This document shows positions 1 through 10,100 of a stretch of DNA of 64,000 nt, in pieces. Every line of letters starts with the position of its first letter. Position 1 is the stretch's first letter. The translations under genes and the position numbers were made by a program. Under the pieces are notes generated by a model. The model did not search any database, had not been told where the DNA came from, and saw only the letters and a program-made list of their open reading frames with translations. Source of the DNA: a virus (lineage: Duplodnaviria > Caudoviricetes). The stretch spans positions 1 through 64,000 of the IMG/VR virus record IMGVR_UViG_3300020036_001753; one strand, 5' to 3'.

Positions 1-2049
1 AGTGATATACCTATTTTTACTGTAAATGCTGGCAATATTATTTTTAATGCAGGAGCAGAAATTCAACTTAACACTTTAGAAGGAGAATCTGTTCTTATTT
101 CTACTGCTGGATTAGGAATATATACTGATAGTATTTTCTTTGGTGGAGAAACGCTTGGGCTTCCTGCTAATCCTACGCCTCAAATGTTTTTAGTTCTTGA
201 TGATGCTGTTAATACAGGTTTATTAAGTGTTTCTACTGTTGCAGAAATGCAAACAGCTTTAGGATTAGATGCAGGGGCTTTAACTACTGGTCAGGTAGCT
301 TTTGGTAATGCTACAAGTGATGGTATTACAGGAGAAGCTGCTTTAGTATGGGATGCTTTAAATGATAGATTAAGTATAGGTATTTCAACTGGTACAGGAA
401 AATTAAACTTTCCAGACGCAGGAACAACTGCTGCTGATGGCATACAATTTGGTACTGGATTAGCTAATTTGTATAGATATACAGCTAATCAATTAGTAAC
501 AGATGGTAGTTTGATTATAGGAGAAAAAACAAGTTATCTCAATGGTGCTGGATTAGCTGTAAGAGGAAATGGAGGTGTAGGCAAAGTAGAAGTATATAGA
601 GCATCAGACAATACAACAGGGACTTATATTAACTCTTATAAAGCAAGAGGAACACAGTTAGTTCCGGTAGCTTTAAATACAAATGATGAAGTTGGGCTGT
701 CTCAATATTATGCTTACGATGGAACTGTTTATAATAGAGTTGGATTTCATGGATTCACTACATACGACGCTATAACTAAGCAAGCAAACTATATTATACA
801 GCCAAATACTGACGGGAGTGGTTCATTTAAATTAATCCCAAATGCTTCAATAATTAGTGCCCCTGGTTCATTGACAGGAAGTAATAATACTTCTGCATTT
901 ACTATAGGTCAAATTTGGAATACAAGTGGTAATCCTACTTTAATTAAGGCTACTGTTACTAATACTGCATCAGGGCCATCTGCGCTTTTAATGGATCTAC
1001 AAGTAGGTCTTACAAGTATGTTTAAAGTAGATAAAGCAGGAAATGTTGCTTATTTAAGAAGTACCACAATAGGTTCTTCCGCAAGTGCATTTGCTATGTT
1101 TCCTATAACAACTGTAAATGGTACTCCTGATAGTACTGGAACTAATTTTCAGCTTTCTTCCAGTACTACTACTCAAAGTGCTACTGCTGGTGCTTTTTCT
1201 ATATTTGGAAGTACTTTTGCACAGACAAGTGGTAATCAATATTTTAATTTGATTACTTCTTCTTTTGGTGCTGCTGCTGGTAGTGCAAGTTATAGACCTT
1301 TTGGTTTACTATATACTATAAATAATAGTGGTGCTCAATCAGGTACTGCAACTGGTATATTTGTAAATGCTACTGAAACTGCTCTTAATTCTATGACTCA
1401 CAACCTTATGGATTTACAAGTTGGTGGGTTTAGTCAATTTAAAGTTTCTAATGTGGGTTTTGGTACTTTTAGTGGTGGTTTAACTTTAAGTGGAACTTTT
1501 CAAACTTTATCTTCTGTTGCTAATGCAAGTTTTGCTGTAAGACATGGAAATGGTTTTCAAAATACAACAGATTACAGTTTAGGAGGTAGTGCAGGTATAA
1601 TGGGTAAAATTGCAATTGCTGGTAGTGCTTCTGGTACAGCTACAGCTAATTATAGTGCAGCAAGTTTTATAATATCTACACTAACAATGAATAGGAATAC
1701 ATCAGGTACTCATCCTATCTTTGCTAATGCAGCAATTAGACCTTTAACAATAAACACTGGTGCTGGTGCTTTAACTAATGCAGCTACAGTTTATATAGAA
1801 GGTCCAGCTACTGGTACTGGAATACCTGCTACTAATAATTATGCTTTATGGGTAGATAGCGGTGCATCACGATTTGACGGAGTTGTAAATTTAGCTGCGT
1901 ATACAGTAGGTACTTTACCCACAGGAACAAGAGGAGATAAAGCTTATGTTACAGATGCTCTTGCTCCTACTTATGGAGCAGCAGCAGTAGGTGGTGGAGC
2001 AGTAATAATTCCAGTTTTTCATAATGGTACAACTTGGATAACAGCATGA
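1..2049 (+). CDS. tail fibre / receptor-binding protein, 5'-truncated
   Basis: Frame is open from position 1 (the track starts at the internal Met at 184). G/T/S/A/N-rich beta-type sequence with two internal LMDLQVGxxSxFKVxxxG repeats and a fibre-type C-terminus (YTVGTLP...AYVTDA...GGGAVIIPVFHNGTTW). Confidence 0.75.
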   Translation, partial: SDIPIFTVNAGNIIFNAGAEIQLNTLEGESVLISTAGLGIYTDSIFFGGETLGLPANPTPQMFLVLDDAVNTGLLSVSTVAEMQTALGLDAGALTTGQVAFGNATSDGITGEAALVWDALNDRLSIGISTGTGKLNFPDAGTTAADGIQFGTGLANLYRYTANQLVTDGSLIIGEKTSYLNGAGLAVRGNGGVGKVEVYRASDNTTGTYINSYKARGTQLVPVALNTNDEVGLSQYYAYDGTVYNRVGFHGFTTYDAITKQANYIIQPNTDGSGSFKLIPNASIISAPGSLTGSNNTSAFTIGQIWNTSGNPTLIKATVTNTASGPSALLMDLQVGLTSMFKVDKAGNVAYLRSTTIGSSASAFAMFPITTVNGTPDSTGTNFQLSSSTTTQSATAGAFSIFGSTFAQTSGNQYFNLITSSFGAAAGSASYRPFGLLYTINNSGAQSGTATGIFVNATETALNSMTHNLMDLQVGGFSQFKVSNVGFGTFSGGLTLSGTFQTLSSVANASFAVRHGNGFQNTTDYSLGGSAGIMGKIAIAGSASGTATANYSAASFIISTLTMNRNTSGTHPIFANAAIRPLTINTGAGALTNAATVYIEGPATGTGIPATNNYALWVDSGASRFDGVVNLAAYTVGTLPTGTRGDKAYVTDALAPTYGAAAVGGGAVIIPVFHNGTTWITA

Positions 2050-2675
2050 TAAAATACTTATTAATAATATTATTGTTAGTTTCTTGTACTAAAGAAAGTT
2101 ATACTCCTATTGGAGATATAGCTAAAATAGAACAAGAAAGTAGGAGTCTTAGTACTATTACTTATTATGAAGGAGGTCATATAAGTAATCATGGGTATAT
2201 TACATATCCTATGAATGAATGGAGTTCTACTGTTGTATTTACTGAAAGTTGTAGATATGAGACTAATGATCCTCTTAATCAAGATGATTGGAATAAGTTA
2301 TTTGGAGTACGAAAGAGTGCTTTAAGTAATACTAAGAATGGCGCTTATTTAGTTTGGTGTTATGTACCTTATAGCATTATTGCTAGTGATACAATAGTAG
2401 ATAAGATTAGAATTGGTTGGTATCTTCATGATGATGATGGAGATTTTATACCAATGCCATTAAATCAAACTATTTATGTTAATCTTAATACACCTGTTTA
2501 TTTGTATCTTAAGAATTATTATAATAATTTTGTATATAATCTAAATGGTCAAAATATTCCTATTATGAAAGGTCTATATAATATAGACAACTTTAGTAAT
2601 GGTTGGCGGCTGAGTCCTAATTTTGGAGGACAAGAAGTTCCAGATCACAATGTAATAATAACTATTAATAACTAA
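2046..2675 (+). CDS. predicted lipoprotein (SPII signal), possible lectin-like fold
   Basis: ATG at 2046 overlaps the upstream TGA (ATGA). MIKYLLIILLLVS-C is a basic/hydrophobic signal ending in a lipobox Cys. Mature part is aromatic and beta-rich. Confidence 0.7.
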   Translation: MIKYLLIILLLVSCTKESYTPIGDIAKIEQESRSLSTITYYEGGHISNHGYITYPMNEWSSTVVFTESCRYETNDPLNQDDWNKLFGVRKSALSNTKNGAYLVWCYVPYSIIASDTIVDKIRIGWYLHDDDGDFIPMPLNQTIYVNLNTPVYLYLKNYYNNFVYNLNGQNIPIMKGLYNIDNFSNGWRLSPNFGGQEVPDHNVIITINN

Positions 2676-2679
2676 TATC

Positions 2680-4737
2680 ATGCAAGAGTTAATAAGAGAG
2701 GTAATTTCTCACGATTTATTAGAAAGATACATTAATGAATGGCTTAGTATAGTAAATACTACTCATAATTGGAAGCGATTACATCAAATCCTTATTAATA
2801 TGAATAATAGTATTGGAGTAGCTATGGGTACTGATACTAGTATTTATGCTAATAATGGTACTTTAACTGCTGCCCGTACTCTTAATGGAGGTGGAAACAA
2901 TCTTACATTTACTGGATTAAATAAATTTTTCCTTACTACTGCTGACAGCGTTTTTTTTACTTCTGGGTTAGATGTAACTACAGTTGCTGATGGAACTATT
3001 ATTTTAGAAGCACCTGTTATAAGACTTCTTCCTAATAGTGCAACTGGCGATCCTGCCGATGTTTGGACTAACGATGGTAATGGTAATGGAAGTTGGGCAC
3101 CAAGTAGTGGTGGAGGTCCTGGAGTTAATATTTATAATGGCAACGGTGTATTAACTTCTAATAGAACATTAGATGGAGATACTTACGAGTTATTATTTAC
3201 AAACTTAGCTAAGTTTACGCTTGATAATACTACTGAAGTTGTTGTAGATAGTCCTACTACTTCTTTTAATTCTACGGATTTTACGCTAACTGCAACTAAT
3301 CCTTATCTAGTTACTAGTTCTACAGCAGCTTCTTTAGAAGGAAGTCCTCTTTTGGCATTAGCTCCTGGAACAGGCAAGTTTGGTTTTGCTGCTTATGCGT
3401 TTCCTCCTACTTTGTCTATTGCCGATGATGGTAAAGTACTTCAATATGATCATGGTACTACTTCTTTTGTAATGGCTTCTGCCGGTGTTGATACTAATAT
3501 CTATACTACTAATGGTACGTTAACAGGAGCGAGAGTATTAACAGGAGCAACAAACCCACTTACTTTTACTGGATTAAGTACATTTACACTTAGTGCAGGA
3601 GCGTTATCTATTACTGCACTTACTGGAGCTACTACTTTTACTTCAGCAAGTACCTTTACTATTAATTCTTCACTTGATTTAACACTGAATGTAACTGGTG
3701 ACATTACTGTTACACAAGCACTAAATCATGATACTGCGCCTGATTCTATTGTAGCATTAACTGGTACGGGTACTGGTACTTTGTCTTATATTACTCCTGC
3801 CGAATTACTTACTGCAACTGGTGCTGTTACTAATAATATTTATGCTGGTAATGGTACATTAGCTTCCAATAGGACTGTAAGCGGCGGCGGATTGTACAGT
3901 ATAGCATTTAATAATACAACTGCTTCGACTTTTACAAGTAATGGTTTAACAACAATTGGTAGTATTGTTGAAATAGATCTATTGTCTCCCATTGTTGATA
4001 TTCAAACAGGAGCTTTAGGAGCAAGATTTACTTCAAGTGCTGTACAACTAAGACTTGGAAATCATTTTTCATCTCCTGCTGGTACATTAGTACAAGCTAC
4101 AGTTACCAATACAGGAGAAGTTAATTTTACTCCTTTTAAGTTTCCAACTTCTTTAGGAGCTGGTGATACTGGTAAAACTTTAATGTACGATCATGGTACT
4201 GGAACTTTTACAATGGGAACTGGTAGTAACTTTGCTACTGCCGATTTAAGTTTTACTGGTAATAGAACCCACGATCTTGATGGCTTTGATTTAATTATAC
4301 AGGATACTGTATCTGATAGTGCTGTTAGCTTTATTATGAATAGTGGGGACTTTTTAGTAACTGGTAACGGTATGAACATGGGTTTAAATAACTCAAATGG
4401 AGAAATGGCTTATATGCTATCTCATAACGTTTCTAATAAAAAAGAAGTAGTTAGAGCAGGGCAGATAGGAGGATTACCTGGAGGACTTACTAGAGGTGTT
4501 GAACTAGGATCATTTAGCGATGTAACTTCTCCCAATTTACCTGATGGAGGTACAGCATACTATGCTATGCGTTTTCATGAACAAGGAATAGAAATATATA
4601 GTGCTATTAGTGGAGATTCTATGAAGCTAAATATAGCTAAAGTTCCTAATTATGCAGACAATGCTGCTGCTTTATTCGCTGGATTAGTTGTAGGAGATGT
4701 TTATAGGACAGCCGGTGCATTAAAAATTGTTGTTTAA
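2680..4737 (+). CDS. tail fibre protein with internal repeats
   Basis: Five [NS]IYxxNGTLxxxRTLxG-like repeats and two FPxxLxxxDxGKxLxYDHGT repeats. C-terminus VPNYADNAAA..GL..GDVYRTAGALKIVV is typical of Bacteroidota phage fibres. Confidence 0.75.
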   Translation: MQELIREVISHDLLERYINEWLSIVNTTHNWKRLHQILINMNNSIGVAMGTDTSIYANNGTLTAARTLNGGGNNLTFTGLNKFFLTTADSVFFTSGLDVTTVADGTIILEAPVIRLLPNSATGDPADVWTNDGNGNGSWAPSSGGGPGVNIYNGNGVLTSNRTLDGDTYELLFTNLAKFTLDNTTEVVVDSPTTSFNSTDFTLTATNPYLVTSSTAASLEGSPLLALAPGTGKFGFAAYAFPPTLSIADDGKVLQYDHGTTSFVMASAGVDTNIYTTNGTLTGARVLTGATNPLTFTGLSTFTLSAGALSITALTGATTFTSASTFTINSSLDLTLNVTGDITVTQALNHDTAPDSIVALTGTGTGTLSYITPAELLTATGAVTNNIYAGNGTLASNRTVSGGGLYSIAFNNTTASTFTSNGLTTIGSIVEIDLLSPIVDIQTGALGARFTSSAVQLRLGNHFSSPAGTLVQATVTNTGEVNFTPFKFPTSLGAGDTGKTLMYDHGTGTFTMGTGSNFATADLSFTGNRTHDLDGFDLIIQDTVSDSAVSFIMNSGDFLVTGNGMNMGLNNSNGEMAYMLSHNVSNKKEVVRAGQIGGLPGGLTRGVELGSFSDVTSPNLPDGGTAYYAMRFHEQGIEIYSAISGDSMKLNIAKVPNYADNAAALFAGLVVGDVYRTAGALKIVV
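2839..4290 (+). repeat. degenerate protein-level repeats in tail fibre 2
   Basis: SIYANNGTLTAARTLNG, NIYNGNGVLTSNRTLDG, NIYTTNGTLTGARVLTG, NIYAGNGTLASNRTVSG and a degenerate NFATADLSFTGNRTHDLDG. Confidence 0.8.
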
Positions 4738-4767
4738 ATTATATCATAAAATCAAACAAAGTTTATT

Positions 4768-5097
4768 ATGTCAAACAGTAAAAATGTTGCACAAAACACA
4801 GCAGCAACCGAACAAGTACAAGCGCATCTTGAGTTTATTGGTAAAGAAGTTACTCCGGAAGGAATGTATTTACTTTACAATAGAATTTACAGTAATGGTG
4901 CGATAGATCGTTGTAGTAGCCAATTGTTTAAAACTCCGGTTGAATTTGAGGATTATGTTAAAAATATTACTACTCAAATGACGGATTTTAGAAAGAAACT
5001 TACTGCCGATTTTAAAGTTATCGAAGACAATTATCTTAAAAACTCTGATATAGTTTCGGCTAATATCAGAAAACTCACCGAAATTTTAAATGAATAA
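4768..5097 (+). CDS. hypothetical protein (tail module)
   Basis: 109-aa ORF co-oriented between fibre and ring genes, overlapping the next ORF. Confidence 0.7.
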   Translation: MSNSKNVAQNTAATEQVQAHLEFIGKEVTPEGMYLLYNRIYSNGAIDRCSSQLFKTPVEFEDYVKNITTQMTDFRKKLTADFKVIEDNYLKNSDIVSANIRKLTEILNE

Positions 5098-5752
5098 ACT
5101 TCTGACATTAGACCAAGCTGCCGATTATATTGCTTCTCGACTTAATCTTAAGTTAGATGTTATCGCTAAGCGTGAGTTAAAGTTTGGTATATTACAATGG
5201 AGATCAACTATTATTAGACGTGATTACGAACGTAATGGGGCTAGTCCTCATTACGTTCAAACGTTTATTACTGGTTTGGAAGTAGTTGATATTATGGATA
5301 ATTGTGCTATTGAATTTGGTTGTCCGGTATTGAGAACTACTACTAAAGTTCCTGTTCCTATAAGAACCAAGAATCATCCTTTTATGTATGTTGGTACTGC
5401 TGATTTTACGTTACCTTTTGGGTATAGTATTCCGGAAGTAATTAGCTTAACTAGTGCTGACAAATTTACTGCTGAAACTATCAAATATACTTACAGGGAT
5501 GGTTATATTTACGTCTTTAATAACTTACTTTTAGAATACGTTGGTATTAGGTCTGCCTTTGAAAATCCAGAAGAAGTTGTTACACTTTGTACAGATGCTT
5601 CTTGTTTTGATGTAGATGCAAAGTTTCCTTTGCCACTTGATATGCTCGAAGCCATCTATACTGGACTTTTACAAAAAGAATGGTCTTTACCTTCTCTAAC
5701 TGATAACGAAATCAAAATTGATAGTAACGCAAATAGGAATAACCAATTATGA
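5090..5752 (+). CDS. crAss-like tail ring/adaptor protein
   Basis: Position in the tail module. Ends KFTA...YTYRDGYIYVFN...IRSAFENPEEV...FPLPLDML, as in crAss-like ring proteins. Confidence 0.55.
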   Translation: MNKLLTLDQAADYIASRLNLKLDVIAKRELKFGILQWRSTIIRRDYERNGASPHYVQTFITGLEVVDIMDNCAIEFGCPVLRTTTKVPVPIRTKNHPFMYVGTADFTLPFGYSIPEVISLTSADKFTAETIKYTYRDGYIYVFNNLLLEYVGIRSAFENPEEVVTLCTDASCFDVDAKFPLPLDMLEAIYTGLLQKEWSLPSLTDNEIKIDSNANRNNQL

Positions 5753-6540
5753 AAGGAATAGTTTACGACTTTTATTGTTTCTTAACTAATAACTTACTTA
5801 AGGAACATACACAAAGAAAGATAGATTTTTCTAAATCAAGAGATTACTATTTAGAAAGATTGAAAGCTTATCCAATGATACTTGCGTTACTAAAATTTAC
5901 TGCTGAAGAACTTTATGAAAAATTTAATCAAATTCCTGAAATAGAAAAAGCTATTGGCAATGTTTCTATATTAAATAACAGAAATTATAATACAGTTGTT
6001 CCTATCTTGGAACAGCTGTATTTGCTTAAGGATAAGCTTCGTAATACTGAAAAACAAATAACTAAGCTAACTAAGTCGCAAATAGATAGTGCTACTTTCA
6101 ATAAAATCCTAAAAACTTATAATCAAATTTGCATTAATGCAGTTATTGAGGATAATTATCATCTTACTATTCCGTATCTTGGAAGAATATATATTATCCG
6201 TAAGACTGTAGCTTTGCGAAGGACTAAGACAGGAGAAATGATGGGGTCTATAAATTGGGATGCTAGCAACAAAGCTAAGAAAGCTTTGCTAGATAAAGGC
6301 TTGACTCCTTATAATAAAGAAACTGCTCCAGATGGAGAAAAATGGTTAGTATATAATACCGGTACAGAAAACTGCTGGTTTATGTGGGACAATAATAAAT
6401 GTACTACTGCTAACTATAAGGCTTACACATTTAGACCTAATGTAGGAGATAGTGATGCTTGTATTGTTAAAAAGCTACAAACTTATCGTAAAGAAAATCC
6501 TATTGGTCAACTTAAATATAAAGTAATAGCTAATGGATAA
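5749..6540 (+). CDS. crAss-like IHF/HU-related protein
   Basis: LTIPYLGRIYIIRK arm-like motif followed by INWxxS..WLVY..WFMW..YTFRP. Crassvirales carry IHF-like genes at this position. Confidence 0.5.
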   Translation: MKGIVYDFYCFLTNNLLKEHTQRKIDFSKSRDYYLERLKAYPMILALLKFTAEELYEKFNQIPEIEKAIGNVSILNNRNYNTVVPILEQLYLLKDKLRNTEKQITKLTKSQIDSATFNKILKTYNQICINAVIEDNYHLTIPYLGRIYIIRKTVALRRTKTGEMMGSINWDASNKAKKALLDKGLTPYNKETAPDGEKWLVYNTGTENCWFMWDNNKCTTANYKAYTFRPNVGDSDACIVKKLQTYRKENPIGQLKYKVIANG

Positions 6541-7159
6541 TATTAAACATACTACTGTAGATAGAGTTATTTCTAAAGTAGTCAGAGATTTTGGTATTTC
6601 TGATATATCTTGGAAAAGTGATGCTATTGAATGGATAGGTTATGCTTTGCTTGAAATAGGTACTTTCTTTGTATTTGAACCTTTAAGTAAAGAAGTACTT
6701 GTCGAAGATAATAAGTTCAAACTTGATATAGACGTTGAATGCTTACTCGGTATAGAGTACAATAATATATGGCTTAATTGTTTGAATAAGCCTAATGTAA
6801 TTAATCAGAATACTTCTAGCAAACATTACTATACTTTAAAGCCTAATTACGTTAATACTGATCTTAATAATGTTACTGTTAAAGTTCATTATCTTGGATT
6901 TTCTGTTGATTGTGATGGATTCCCTACCGTTCCTGATAATGTTCATGTTTTAGAAGCTCTTGCATGGAATGTAATGTATCATCTTCTTCTACAGGGATTT
7001 AAGCATCCTGTAATAACACTTGGCGATGCTAGTCAAGCTTGGACTAGAAAAAGAGATAACGCTATTAATGAAATGCTGTTTCCAAGACCTGATAGTTATG
7101 CTGCGGTTATGGCTGCTTGGGCTAGTAATTTTCCTAATTATCATATTCATTATCAATGA
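6533..7159 (+). CDS. tail tubular/ring protein (P22 gp4-like)
   Basis: DAIEWIGxALxxIG and DGFPxVPDN...EALxW motifs. Lies immediately upstream of the muzzle gene. Confidence 0.6.
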   Translation: MDNIKHTTVDRVISKVVRDFGISDISWKSDAIEWIGYALLEIGTFFVFEPLSKEVLVEDNKFKLDIDVECLLGIEYNNIWLNCLNKPNVINQNTSSKHYYTLKPNYVNTDLNNVTVKVHYLGFSVDCDGFPTVPDNVHVLEALAWNVMYHLLLQGFKHPVITLGDASQAWTRKRDNAINEMLFPRPDSYAAVMAAWASNFPNYHIHYQ

Positions 7160-10100
7160 GAATAACAGGAGGCTTATCAAAAGATGGTGCCCTTTCTAAT
7201 AGACCTAATGGTACTTTTAACTTTGCTCGTAATGTATTACCTAGCAAAGTAATGCACTCCCCTGTAAACGAGAATGGTATGGTTGAGTGTCCTGAAAGAG
7301 ATGGAATACTCATGGGAGTTGTAGTTACTGATCAATTTGATATTTATTTTTATACACAAGTTGGCAACGATACTACTGTACATGATGAAATTCGTTACGG
7401 TTCGACTTGTCCTAACTTTTTAACTTTAAAAGGTAACTTTAATTTTAGTGTAGCGCATCCAATAGAAGGTACATTTACTTATAATGCGAGAAATGAACTT
7501 ATTATAGTTTGGACTGACGATTATAATCCTGTTAGATATTTGAATATGGGTTGTCTTCCATTTGAAATAAATAATGATGGAACTCTTGTTAATCCAGATC
7601 AAAGCATTCTTCTTAATCTTTTTAGTTTTTTTACTTCTCCTAATTATAGCTTACAAGCACACGGTAATGATGGTCAATTAGTTACTGGAGTTTATTACTT
7701 TAGTGGAGCTTATCTTTTAAGTGATGGTGGAGTGACAAATGCTTGGGCGCTAAGTAATCCTATTTCTGTTAACGAAGACGATGTTGCAGAAGGTTTTGAT
7801 TTTTATGATGGAGCTGAGCCTGGCACTCTAACAGGAAAGTCTATTAATATGCAACTTACTGGAATAGATACGAATTATTCTAAGTTTGTTATATTAATTG
7901 TTAAAAAGATAGGCAATGTTATTACAGCTGTTAAAGCTTCTGAATATGATATTACAGGAGCTACGATGAATGTAGTTTATACAGGCGGTGATGAAACTGA
8001 TATTGCTTTGGAAGATGTATTAGTAGCATCTGCATATTACGATTTAGCAAAGACTGTAACTACATTAGATAACAAATTACATATTGGAAACTTAAGAGGA
8101 TTACCTGAATTTGATTATCAGACTTATGCTAATTATATTAAAATTGATTGGGTAAGAGAAGATGATATTAGTTTGACTCAAATTGCTAATTCCTATAAAG
8201 ACGAAATTAAAATCTTCGATAGTAAAGGATTTCAAGCTGGAGAAGTTTATGCATTTTATATTATATTTAGACTTAAAGCTGGAGGAGGATTTACTCAAGC
8301 TTTTCATATTCCTGGACCTTGTCATAGATATGTAGAGATTGATATTAATTCAGTATCTACTGCATTAACTTTGCAAGAGATAAACGATGATTATTCTTAT
8401 CTAATTGCGTTTCTTCCTGACTTTGCAGAACTTTTAGCTATTAATCCTAATTATAAGTTATACGAAGTTTATAATACTGCTACGTTCGTTACTCCTAATA
8501 GTGGTCTAATGGGTGTTGCTATTAATAATAACGAAGTTTATCCTGATGCAAGTTGTAGTGACGTTGCTTTTAACGATCATCCTTGCGGTACTACTTTAAG
8601 AGGAGAAAATGTTAGGCATCATAAGTTTCCTGATTTATATAGCTTACAGGTAAATGGTAATGATTTTATTACTCCTGATCCTGATAATATTTTAGCTAAC
8701 GATCCTATTCTTACATTATATCCTGATGGAGCTACAGGAGGAGATGTATATTTTGCTATTAATTCTAATACTAGTACAGGTGATTTAAACTTTACAAATA
8801 CTTTATATACAGCTACGCAACAAGAAAGGCTACATATTTATGCAGACTTTACAATAGCTTGTTTAGGCGATCCTCACGTTCTATTACAAATTATAAGAGC
8901 GAATGGAGATATAGAAATATTGCAAGAATATGATGGTTATTTGTTTGGTGGAAGTTTTTCTGTACAGTTTGATTTGTGGGTTGATTTTCAAATAGGAGAT
9001 AGTTTTGTGCTTGACATAGATGCTCCTAGTTATGGAAGTTATAGTCCTGGTATTTTTGATTATATTTATTTTGTACCTTTTAATACTGATAGATATATTA
9101 CTAATAGTAAGATACTCGGAATAAGTGTTCGTGATGTTTATATTCCAAGTAACTTACTGCCTTATATTGACGGTTGGGAAATTTGTTATGCGAAAAGAGA
9201 TAATACAAATAATTCTATATTAGGACAATCTTTAGTATATTTGAATGAACGTAAGCAGTTCAAATTTTATGACTTTAATATGCTAAAGTATAAACCTAAT
9301 AATGTTCCTACTTACATGAAGATGGAACTTACTATGAGTAATAGTAATACAGATTATATAGGTTTTGCTAATATTGTTCCTGATCTACATTTTAGACAAG
9401 TTATCGAAACACAATACATACCTTATGATGTAGCTACTAGCTTTATTGATAATGTTTCTAGAGAGGAGTTTTTTGGAGGAAAGTTTGTTAATGAAATATT
9501 CTCAGTTTACGAACCTATTACTCCTTTGTTTTTTCTTAATCTTCCTCTTGCTAATTTGATTATGTATAGATCTGATTATTATCAGAATTATAAGAATCAA
9601 AAATTGGCTAGAACTGGTATTAAAATTCCTGTAACGGATTCTGGTATTCAAGATACTGTACCTAAATTATACGGAGGTGATATTTTTATTTCAGCTTATG
9701 GTGCTTTAGTTAGTGAAGGAGAAGACGCACCTAATTTATATTGGGATGGAGAACAGGTATTACCTTATTATGCTTTTAACTACGGAACGTCTCAGATTTA
9801 TTTTAAGTTTGCAGTACCTCCTACAGAAGGAGATTACATTAAGTATTCTTTTAGTATTTGGTTTTTTGCTACAGAGTCAATAGCTAATCTTAATTTCAGA
9901 CATAGGGATGATTTGGATTTAAGTACAGAGTATTTTCCATTTACTGGAGATATTCCAAGAGTTATGAAAACTGTATCTATTCCTAATGATCCTGATCCAA
10001 TCTTAGTAGAATTTCCTTATGGTAAGCAAACTTATCTTTACAATAACGATTATAGTAGCGTTAACGATTTAAATACTTTAATTGTTTTTGCTTGTACAGT

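Noticed and set aside
1-4737. Diversity-generating retroelement or invertible shufflon acting on the tail fibres
   Set aside because: No reverse transcriptase, recombinase or near-identical template/variable nucleotide repeat is visible. The repeats are degenerate and only at protein level.
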